Translations under genes and position numbers: made by a program | Source of the DNA: a virus | Strand: one strand, 5' to 3' | DNA length: 64,000 bases | IMG/VR virus record: IMGVR_UViG_3300023197_000086 | Span: 30,693 to 94,692 of that record | Shown: positions 24,276-32,800 of the stretch, one piece after another | Layout: each line of letters starts with the position of its first letter | Numbering within the stretch: position 1 is the stretch's first letter | The notes under the pieces: generated by a model | Databases searched by the model: none | Seen by the model: only the letters and a program-made list of their open reading frames with translations | What the model was told of the DNA's origin: nothing

Positions 24276-24300
24276 CGAACGGGGCCACACGCCCCGTTCG
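24276..24300. terminator. Hairpin between convergent operons (likely terminator)
   Basis: CGAACGGGGC-CACAC-GCCCCGTTCG perfect 10-bp stem. Confidence 0.65.
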
Positions 24301-24406
24301 CCTTAACTTACATATCTATCACTTCCGTTATGCGTAAGACAAAGAGACCTCCCTCCGCGTCTGCCTGAGCAAACACGAAGGGAGGCTACCGGGTAAGGGT
24401 ATGGGG

Positions 24407-24769
24407 TTACGCGATCAGTTCGTCGATGGCGGCCGGGACAGCGTGGCTAAGGATGAGGCTCTCGATCTGGCTTTCGAACGGCTCGGGCACCCACGGGATG
24501 TCGGGGTCGATCTCCTCGTAGAGATCCTGGACGGTGATGATGACCGCTTCGCGTCGCTGTTCCGGCGTGAGGTCTTGGACCTGCTGGACGGCCCGGGTCA
24601 AGTCTAACCCGGCTCTGAAGACGAAGCCGAGCAGCGCTGTGACATCGAAGCCCTCGCTGCGGAAGGCGTCCTCGATGGTCGCCAGCCGATCCCGAAGCGA
24701 GTCGATGGTCGACTCGACGCGCTCCTGAATCTGCTGGACGTCAGAGCTCTCCATCGTCATCGGTTCCAT
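24407..24769 (-). CDS. Hypothetical protein (end of late operon; possibly lysis-related)
   Basis: 120-aa helical ORF; position only. Confidence 0.55.
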   Translation of the reverse strand: MEPMTMESSDVQQIQERVESTIDSLRDRLATIEDAFRSEGFDVTALLGFVFRAGLDLTRAVQQVQDLTPEQRREAVIITVQDLYEEIDPDIPWVPEPFESQIESLILSHAVPAAIDELIA

Positions 24770-24783
24770 GTCCGGCCCGTCAC

Positions 24784-25290
24784 CTACTTCTTCCCGGTGT
24801 CGGCGTCCTCGAAGCGCTGCAGCACCTGCTCGAAGCGCTGGACGGCCGAGTCGAGGGTCTGTTGGGTGGTCGCCGCCTGACGCTCGAGCGTGGACTGCAG
24901 GTTCTGGTTGTATCTATCCGTGTTCTGGTTGTAGTTGTCCCGCTGCTGGTTCTGGTTCAGCTGAGCGATGGCGTCTCCGCCCCACTCGAACGCCTTGCTT
25001 GCCTTCTCGCGAATCGGCTGCTGGCTCAACAGGATGAAGCCCGCCAGCGTAACAAAGAGCGCAAAGGCAATCCCGATGAAGAGGAAGGTCTGGTCCTGCA
25101 TCGCCACCTTCGACTTCAGGTAGTTCTGCTCAAGCTGCTCCTCCATGTCGGGGCGGTCGAACGGGTCGCGGGAGTTGTTGTTCGACTTCGCCTGCTCGTC
25201 ACCGAACAGCTGGGCCTGAGCGGACATTGCCGGTGCCGCCACCGTGAACGCGAGGGCGGCGATCAAGGAGAACACGATGAGTCGTGTCAT
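24784..25290 (-). CDS. Membrane protein (signal peptide, TM helix, Gln-rich coil)
   Basis: MTRLIVFSLIAALAFTVAAPAMSA; TFLFIGIAFALFVTLAGFILL. Confidence 0.7.
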   Translation of the reverse strand: MTRLIVFSLIAALAFTVAAPAMSAQAQLFGDEQAKSNNNSRDPFDRPDMEEQLEQNYLKSKVAMQDQTFLFIGIAFALFVTLAGFILLSQQPIREKASKAFEWGGDAIAQLNQNQQRDNYNQNTDRYNQNLQSTLERQAATTQQTLDSAVQRFEQVLQRFEDADTGKK

Positions 25291-25325
25291 AAGTCGCTCC
25301 TCCTTTAGCTACGTGGCTCGCCCTG

Positions 25326-25664
25326 TCAATTGGGCGCCTGCTGCCGTTCCGGCCAATTGGCAATTTCGCAGTCGGCGTTGGCCTGTCCGCGCCCCGCGCT
25401 TTGCCACTCCACCACCCAGCACGCGCCTGTCGCCGTGTCAACGAACAGGCACGTGCCGTTCGAACACGACATGCGCACATTGCCGGATGACGCCACGGCG
25501 GGTGTGTCCGTCGTCGGGCTTGTCGAGGACGACGGCTGTGGGGTGGAGATGACTTGAGGCGGCGGATCGGGGTTGATCACGCCGGCCAGCAATAGGTCGT
25601 AGCCGATTAGAGCGGCCAGCGTTCCGATGACGACCAGCGCCAAGGTTATCAACTTGGACGCCAA
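25326..25664 (-). CDS. Small membrane-anchored protein
   Basis: N-terminal TM helix, Pro/Ser linker, Cys-containing C-terminus. Confidence 0.55.
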   Translation of the reverse strand: MASKLITLALVVIGTLAALIGYDLLLAGVINPDPPPQVISTPQPSSSTSPTTDTPAVASSGNVRMSCSNGTCLFVDTATGACWVVEWQSAGRGQANADCEIANWPERQQAPN

Positions 25665-25770
25665 ACGCGCTTCCTTTCGATGTAGGACGGGCAGTCGTTG
25701 CCCATGGACTCAGCTCCCTCTTGCATCTTGCCGGATCACCTTGATGATCGTCAAGGGATCGTCAACTCCT

Positions 25771-26091
25771 TTACGCAATAGCCTCGTGAATCCGGATCAC
25801 ATTGAATCCTTGGTTCGGGAACGTCTCGACGGTGCCATCGCTGAAGGTGACTTCCCACTCGATCTCAAAGATGCCCGCCTCGTTCGTGTCCTCGACCTCC
25901 CAATTGTAGATCACGTCCCCTTCGCTGGCATTGGAGATCGTGGCGGGCTTGTCCACTTTGACACTTCCCGATCCGCGCTGGCGCATGTGGAACTGGACGC
26001 TGGCGCCGGTGATGTTGACCGCGTTGCCCTCGTCGTCCACGATCGAGCCTTGTAGGGATGGCCCCGTATCGCCGCGTTTGAGATGGAACAT
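25771..26091 (-). CDS. BppU N-terminal-like (Ig-fold) tail/baseplate adaptor
   Basis: KRGDTGPSL..DDEGNAVNITGASVQFHM..GDVIYNW..DT.EAGIFEIEWEVTFSDGTVETFP. Confidence 0.75.
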   Translation of the reverse strand: MFHLKRGDTGPSLQGSIVDDEGNAVNITGASVQFHMRQRGSGSVKVDKPATISNASEGDVIYNWEVEDTNEAGIFEIEWEVTFSDGTVETFPNQGFNVIRIHEAIA

Positions 26092-26525
26092 TAGCTCAAC
26101 TCCACGCCCTGACCGCTGATCGTGAGCTGGTCGATCTGCGAGAGGTCGTAGGTCTGATCCAGGCTGCCTGTGAAGAACAGGTGGTCATTGGCGCTCCCAT
26201 CGCCCTTGTCGTCGCTCTGGAACGTGACCACGACGAAGAACGAGTCCACGTCCTGCGAGGAATCGCTGGTGTCGAAGACCTTGTCCGCAATGATCGACTG
26301 CCAGTTGCCGTTCAGGTCTGAGTTGTTGAAGTCCGAGCCATAGGTCACCGTCTGGCGGGCATAGCTTCCGCCCTGCGGCTCGGTGGTGATGTCACCGATG
26401 TCGTTGGCCTCCGCCAGCCCGTCCGTCGCGTCGTTGTAGAGTCCGATCGTCAGGCTGGCGGGTTTAGTCGCGCTCTCCTCGAAATGTTCATCCAGCAGGA
26501 ACTCTTCGCCGGTATCATGGAGCAT
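26091..26525 (-). CDS. Acidic tail-associated protein
   Basis: MLHDTGEEF..IGLYNDATDGL..DITTEP..YARQ; sits in the tail module. Confidence 0.6.
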   Translation of the reverse strand: MLHDTGEEFLLDEHFEESATKPASLTIGLYNDATDGLAEANDIGDITTEPQGGSYARQTVTYGSDFNNSDLNGNWQSIIADKVFDTSDSSQDVDSFFVVVTFQSDDKGDGSANDHLFFTGSLDQTYDLSQIDQLTISGQGVELS

Positions 26526-28254
26526 CTTGAATCTGAACCTCCGTTTCGCCCACGTCGGGGATTTCGACATTGGTGCGACCGCGCTGGGTCGTGGCCACGT
26601 TCGTTGGCCCATGCTCGATGAGCACGACGTCCGTCGCGCCCGCCTGGGCGAGAATGGCATCGTTGCCCCCGGTCCGGCTGACGCGGCGACCGACGATCCG
26701 TCCAGCTTCCAGAACGGCGAACCGCAATTGAGCGACGGTCGCCGCCGCGAACTGGTGAACGAGGCCATCGGCGGTAACGGCGGTCACCGTGATTGGCGTC
26801 ACAGGTGTTGGGGCTGTTCGGACGCCACTGCCCGTGCCGGTCAAAACCTCCCAGGCAGCCTGAGCTGGGTCCGCCGGGGCTGTGCGCGTGCCGCTGCCCG
26901 TGCCTGCCAGGGTGTCCAGTACGGCATGGGCTATATCCGCTGGGGCGGTCCGCATGCCACTGCCGAGGCCGGTCAGGGGCGTCACCGACACCGATTCCGG
27001 CTGGAGGTTGGCGAGACGTTCCGTCTGGGTTGTGGCGCTCAGCACGGTGGCGACCATGCTCTGCACGGAAGCGACAGATGTGCTCTCGCTACGGACGCCG
27101 GCGTTCAGCGATGCCAGGGAGAATGTTTGCACTGTCGCCGGGGCGGTCGATGTAGAGCTGGCGCTGCTCCCGAGCGGCTGGAGCGACCACGACACGACGC
27201 TTCCGGATGCGGTTTCGGTGACAAGAGTCTCCTCGCTTCCCACGCTGATGAAGCTCGCGGGGTCGTTCTGGTTGGCGTGTTCGGTGGCAACCCAGTCTGA
27301 TGAAACTGCCCTGTCTAAATAACGAACCTCATCAATTAGGCCGTCGAAATACCGTGAGCTATCATCTTCTAAACGACCAACAATTAAAGGTGAGTCGGAA
27401 ATGTTTGGCGTATCTGAACTCTCGGCTGATGCCGCGACTTCATTCCCATCAACATAGACAGCGGAGTTCTGAGCATCTACCATCCCAGGCGTTTTAGTAC
27501 CACATACATGATACCATTGTTTCACATTTAGAGCATTATCTGCACGCCACCTGTTACTCCAAAAGTCGATAGCGGGCCGACCCTCTTTTACGGTAAACGA
27601 CAATCCCTCATCTGAGGCTCGGGTAGTATTGTTACCCATAAAGGAGGGGAAATCCGAATTCCAACTATTTCCATTCCACTTTATCCATGCGCACATGGTA
27701 AGTTCGGCGTCACCGCTAATTCCTAGGTTTTGGACACCCTTTAGGAAGTCATCACTCCCGTCAAATTCATAAGCGTCGCCAATCTTGCCTGATGAGCCTT
27801 GAGTTGCCCCATTAACATTCGCATCATTACCATTTCCAGTCGCATCTATAGCGTTGCCGCTTGACTCTTCAAGGTGGGAAACAGCTAAGTAGCCATTCGA
27901 CCAGACCGCGTTCCGCCCATTCGGATCGGTAACAGGCAGCGCCGAAGCATCCGAGTTGTCGTAGTAGACGAACAGATCCAAGTCACTCTGATCCGTCACG
28001 TCCGCAGCGGGTTTGAGCCAGAGCGCGCCCTGCTGGTTCCCCGTGTCGATGAACGAGACCTCATGCGGCACCAGCGTCTCGCCGTCCGAGGTGGTCACAC
28101 GCACGTCCCCGCCGTCGGACTGGACCTTGCTCCAGAACGACGACGGCATCTGGGCCAGATCCATGTAGACGGGGAAGTCGCTGTGCGTGCCCGTCACTTG
28201 GCTGGACTGGATCGTGATCGGGGCTCGTGCGCCCCAGCCGTCGAGAAAAGCCAT
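26515..28254 (-). CDS. Tail fibre/receptor-binding protein with DUF2341-like and LamG (ConA-like) domains
   Basis: FWSKVQSDGGDVRVT..LWLK; HLEESSG..DATGNGND..GKIGDAYEFDG..WYHVCGT..YFDGLIDEVR. Confidence 0.8.
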   Translation of the reverse strand: MAFLDGWGARAPITIQSSQVTGTHSDFPVYMDLAQMPSSFWSKVQSDGGDVRVTTSDGETLVPHEVSFIDTGNQQGALWLKPAADVTDQSDLDLFVYYDNSDASALPVTDPNGRNAVWSNGYLAVSHLEESSGNAIDATGNGNDANVNGATQGSSGKIGDAYEFDGSDDFLKGVQNLGISGDAELTMCAWIKWNGNSWNSDFPSFMGNNTTRASDEGLSFTVKEGRPAIDFWSNRWRADNALNVKQWYHVCGTKTPGMVDAQNSAVYVDGNEVAASAESSDTPNISDSPLIVGRLEDDSSRYFDGLIDEVRYLDRAVSSDWVATEHANQNDPASFISVGSEETLVTETASGSVVSWSLQPLGSSASSTSTAPATVQTFSLASLNAGVRSESTSVASVQSMVATVLSATTQTERLANLQPESVSVTPLTGLGSGMRTAPADIAHAVLDTLAGTGSGTRTAPADPAQAAWEVLTGTGSGVRTAPTPVTPITVTAVTADGLVHQFAAATVAQLRFAVLEAGRIVGRRVSRTGGNDAILAQAGATDVVLIEHGPTNVATTQRGRTNVEIPDVGETEVQIQDAP

Positions 28255-28257
28255 TCT

Positions 28258-28677
28258 TTAAGGGGTCACCACGTTGATCACGAACTCGCCGATCTCGGCT
28301 GGCGTGGCCAACTGGAGCACCATGATGATGCCCATGACGCTTGCCACGACGACGGCCGCCAAGACGCGGTTGTCACTGATCCAGTTGACCAACCGGGCCT
28401 GCGCCGATCGATCCCGCGGCGCCACGGCGTGAATGTCCTGGGACAGCTCTTTCACCTCGTCGCGAATCTGCTGGATGTCCTGCCACGTAGCGGCCTCGTC
28501 AATCTTTCCTTCCACCGCCTGCACCCGTGTGCGCAGCTGGCCGAAGGTCTCCGAATACTCGCGATGCAACTCCTGGTATTTGCGGTCAAGCTCGTTGAGC
28601 GTCTTGTCGATCCGGTCAATGTCACGCCGGAGCGAGTCCTTGATTTCGGCGATGTATTGCGCGGCAGGATCTGCCAC
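28258..28677 (-). CDS. Coiled-coil protein with C-terminal TM helix (holin-like)
   Basis: Heptads followed by VLAAVVVASVMGIIMVLQL. Confidence 0.55.
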   Translation of the reverse strand: MADPAAQYIAEIKDSLRRDIDRIDKTLNELDRKYQELHREYSETFGQLRTRVQAVEGKIDEAATWQDIQQIRDEVKELSQDIHAVAPRDRSAQARLVNWISDNRVLAAVVVASVMGIIMVLQLATPAEIGEFVINVVTP

Positions 28678-28686
28678 AGCGACCTC

Positions 28687-29439
28687 CTACGTCGCGGATT
28701 CCATCAAAGCGGCCAGCCATGTGGCGGCCTCGTCTTGCCAATGATGGGGGTGGATGGTGATGAGCAACCGTTGCCCGTCCCGGGTCTCGGCCTCCTCATT
28801 CAAGGAAGTGCCATGTGACGCGGGATCGAGCAGCGCACTGGCCACGCCTGGGGAGAAGACGCGGCCGAGCATCTCGCCTCGCACGTCCTCCGCCGCCCAG
28901 CCGAGCAAGCGAGCGGCGCCGGGCGACCAATAGGTGATCACCTCGTTGCACGCGGACACCACCGCCGCGCCGGTCTGATCAATCACGCCCTGCCACATCC
29001 CGTTGCATCGAATCTGGGGGGTCAAATCGCTCGCCGCGCCGACCACCAGCTTGTCGCCGTTGAGCCGGAACGGGATGCGCCGAATCCGGTAGTAGTGCCT
29101 CGCCCCGTCCACAGTTCGGAACGTCTCCATGCGGGTCGGATGCCTCTCGCCGCTGTCGACAACACCCCGTTCGGCCTCGTTGGACTGGGCGATCGCGTGC
29201 GAGTCGTCGATCAGGTCCTCAAGCCGGCGGCCGACCACCTCGTCGACAGCCAGCCCGAGCGCGTCGGCGAATGCCTGATTGACCATGCGATAGACGCCGC
29301 CTTCGTCCTTGGCGTACATGATCCCCGGCGCCGTATTGACGAGCTTCTCCGCCATGTCGAGGCGCTGCTTGCGGCTCTCGGTCAGCTGCTCTAGCTTCTC
29401 AAACAGTTCGGTCCGATGATCTTGCTCGCGACTGCTCAT
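28687..29439 (-). CDS. Stand-alone tandem PAS-domain protein
   Basis: APGIMYAKDEGGVYRMVNQAFADALGL..EVVGRRLEDL and ITYWSPGAARLLGWAAEDVRGEMLGRVF; no output domain. Confidence 0.8.
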   Translation of the reverse strand: MSSREQDHRTELFEKLEQLTESRKQRLDMAEKLVNTAPGIMYAKDEGGVYRMVNQAFADALGLAVDEVVGRRLEDLIDDSHAIAQSNEAERGVVDSGERHPTRMETFRTVDGARHYYRIRRIPFRLNGDKLVVGAASDLTPQIRCNGMWQGVIDQTGAAVVSACNEVITYWSPGAARLLGWAAEDVRGEMLGRVFSPGVASALLDPASHGTSLNEEAETRDGQRLLITIHPHHWQDEAATWLAALMESAT

Positions 29440-29813
29440 GTAATCCCCGTCCCATAGGACGGAAGGACCTCGATCGTGTGGCCGGCTTGATCGCCGGGGA
29501 AGTCGAGCGGGAATCCCTGACTCTCATATACCCAAATGAAGGCGGTGTAGGGCGACCACGGCTTGCGGAACACGTCTCGATCGGGCCAAACGCGAACGAC
29601 GCCGGTTTGCGGGCCGTTGCCGTCATCAGGCTCAACCGCCATGCGAATGTGGTCTTGGTTGCTGTCGTAGACCTTCTGGACGCGCTCGTTCTTGTCCGCA
29701 ACCACGACCTTCGCTCGGTTGCTGCCGATGGGATAGGGATTGCCTTGCCCGTCTTCGGCGGTCAGGTCGATTGCGCGCCCAAGCGCGTTCTCGCGGACCT
29801 TGACGGTTGCCAT
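29436..29813 (-). CDS. Hypothetical tail-associated Ig-like protein
   Basis: Beta-rich, in the tail module. Confidence 0.55.
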   Translation of the reverse strand: MATVKVRENALGRAIDLTAEDGQGNPYPIGSNRAKVVVADKNERVQKVYDSNQDHIRMAVEPDDGNGPQTGVVRVWPDRDVFRKPWSPYTAFIWVYESQGFPLDFPGDQAGHTIEVLPSYGTGIT

Positions 29814-29814
29814 C

Positions 29815-32800
29815 TCAGGTCACCGTGATCCCGAGGCCGGTCTGTTCCGTGGTCATGGTGGACTGTCCCTTCTGCACCGATAGGCTTAGGTTGAGTCCTT
29901 CCGTCGAAATGGCTCCTCGCGTTTGGAGCACTTCGATAGCCAATTTTGAGTCAATCTTGTGCGGGGCGAAAACGACCGCGCTGATCTGAGCCGCCGCATC
30001 CACGGCACCGGCAATTGCGCTGAACGCCTTGGCCCGGCGTTCGTGATCCCTTTTCGTCGCCACCTTGGCTTCGCTGGAGAGGATGGCGAACCGGCGCACG
30101 GTCACCGCCGCCTCGGTGCTGCCGTGCTGGTCCAGATTCGGATGGGCGATGGCCGCCTCGCTTGCCGCCAGTTGGCGCTCAGCCTTCATAAGCGCAGACT
30201 GAACATCAGCGGAAACCCCTTGCCCCGAGGTAATGGCGGCCTGTGCTTGCGAGACGAGCGTTTCGACCTCGGTGACCGCCGTGTCGACGGACGCGGTCTG
30301 GGTCCCCAAATCGGACACGGCGGCGTCCGCCTGGGCGGTGGCCGTCTCAAGATCGGAGACGGCTGCCTCCGCCTGCCCCAGGCTCTCACGAATGTCGCTG
30401 ACGGCAACTCTCGCCTGCGCTAGAGCATCTTCCGCCGACCGAACGGCGGCATCCACGCTTGCCAGTGGGGATTCGTCGGTCGCAATCGCGGTTTGAGCGT
30501 CCGACATCCGTTGGGCCACGTCGGCAACCGCAGCGTCCAACGTTGCTGTGAAGGTTTGCACTTGGCGTATGGCGGCGTCGACGTCGGCCTGTCGGGCCAG
30601 CACGTTGGACACGGCCGCCACGGTGTCGACGGCCTTGACGAAGACCTCGCGCACGGCGGCCTGGACGCCCGCGACCCGCTGATGCTGATCCTGAACGGCC
30701 GCTTCCGCCTGGGCCGTTGGTGTCGACGTGTCGCTGATCGCCGCTTGCAGCGAGGCGAGGCGACTTTCCTGGTCGCCGACTGCGGCGAGGGCGGCGCTCA
30801 CCACCTCCTCCGTGTCGGCAACGGCACTGTGGGTTGTCGCGGTCCGCACGATCGTGTCCACGATCGCCGCCTGCGTGTCGGCCAACAGCGTTTCGAGGTC
30901 GCCGACCGCTGCGGCAACGCTGGCAAGCCGGACGTGGGTCCGGTCGATCGCGGCTTGGGCCGATGCGGAGTGTGATTCGTCGGTCGTCACGGCGCCTTCG
31001 GCTTGAGCAGCGAAGTCCTCGATATCGTGAATTGCTGCCCGGGCAGATCCTGTCGGCTCGAGCAAATCGGAAGCGGCAGCATTGATTGCCGACTGGACGC
31101 TATCCGTGTCAGCAATCGCAGCTTGGGCCTTTGCAGATGGTGCAGGATGCCACCCATTAAAGCTCCAGAAGGCACCTTGGTCGGACTGGTTGTTGAAGTA
31201 AGTGGAGATTTCGTCAGCGGAGAGGGCGCGGTTGTAGACACGAACTTCGTCTATCTGGCCATCAAAATAGCCAAAACCGTCTATATGCCCCACATACAAA
31301 GGATTCGTTGTCGGGGTGATGTCCCCGCTGAGAGTGTTGCCGCCGACTTCAGATGCATCTTGGTAAAGAAGCATCTGATTTCCATCATATACAAGAGCGA
31401 TGTGAGCCCACTCCCCTTCTGTCAAAGAAGGAGTCCTGGCAGAACCGCCGCCATCCGAGGTTGTTATTTCTGTTTTAATTTCAGATGCGCCGTCGACGCC
31501 ATATATCCAATACTCCCTAGTTCCACTGGGGCCTTTTGAGACCAGGCCATCCCAACCAGGGAACGGAAGATTGTTGGGCTTGAACCACAGAAAGATAGTT
31601 ACGCGATCAGGGTCTAGGGCGGCATCATCGCTTACCTCGACAGTGTCGTCGTTTCCGTCGAAGCTGTAAGCATTGCCGACCTGCCCCGACACCCCTTGAG
31701 TCGCTCCGTTGACGGTGCCGTCATTGCCGTTCGACGTGGAGTCAAGCGCATTGCCACTACTTCTCCCGAGGTGCCAAACGCCTTTCGCCGAGCTGGGCCA
31801 GACGTTCTGGCTGCCTAGAGGATCGGACGGAGCGGGCGTGGTGGCATTGCTGTTGCCCGCATAGACCCGATAAGTGGTGTCGCTTCCCGCCTGCAACCCT
31901 TGAGCACGGAACCAGAGGATACCCGTCTGATTTGCATAATCGAATGCTTCTAGCTCAAACGCATAATCCGTGGTGCCTGTGGCGTCCCTTACCCGGATAT
32001 CCGAGCCATCAGAGGCAACATTGTTCCACCACTCCGAAGACATGTTTTCCAAGGCAATGGCGAGATCGTTGACCGGAGCCGCCACCTTGGCGCCCTGTGC
32101 GACAACTTCCTCGTAGCCCAACCAATCGCCAGAAACTTGTTCACTAATGGCTGCTCGGGCTTGCGCAAGATGATCGGTTTCCTGATCACCGACGGCGGCC
32201 AGAGCGGAGCTTGTCACATCGTCCGTGTCGGCAACGGCGCTGTGCCCGGTGGCGGTCTGCACGATCGTGTCCATGATGGCCGCCCGGGTGTTGGCCAACA
32301 GGGTCTCGAAGGCGGTCACGCCCCCCTCGGCGGACACGGTCGGCTCGATCAGATCGGAGACAGCGGCCTCCATGACCGACTGGAGAACGGCGAAGCGGCG
32401 CACCGTGATCGCCGTCTCCATCGAGGCACCCACTGTGCGGACCGTGTCGATCGCCGCCCGAGCCTGGGCCGTTCCCGGCCGATGTCCTGGATTCCGGTAG
32501 AGTGTATCGGCTTCGGGCGGCGTTAATTTCCGCGTCCATACCTGAAACTCGTCCAAGTCGCCGCTACCCGATTGTTGCTGGTTGCCATCCGAGTCGGAGC
32601 GCCCGTTGAGTCGGATCGGCGCTAGGACTCCGATGTCCTCGCTGGAAAGGTTGTTAACTTGGACACTGAGCGGTTGCTCCTGCCCATCCACGAAGATTTG
32701 GACACCGCTGGCGGCCTTACTGCCGTCATAGGTTGTGACAACGTGATGCCAATCACCGTCTTGAGCGTTAATGTATCCGCTGCTACCCGAGTCCTGGTGC

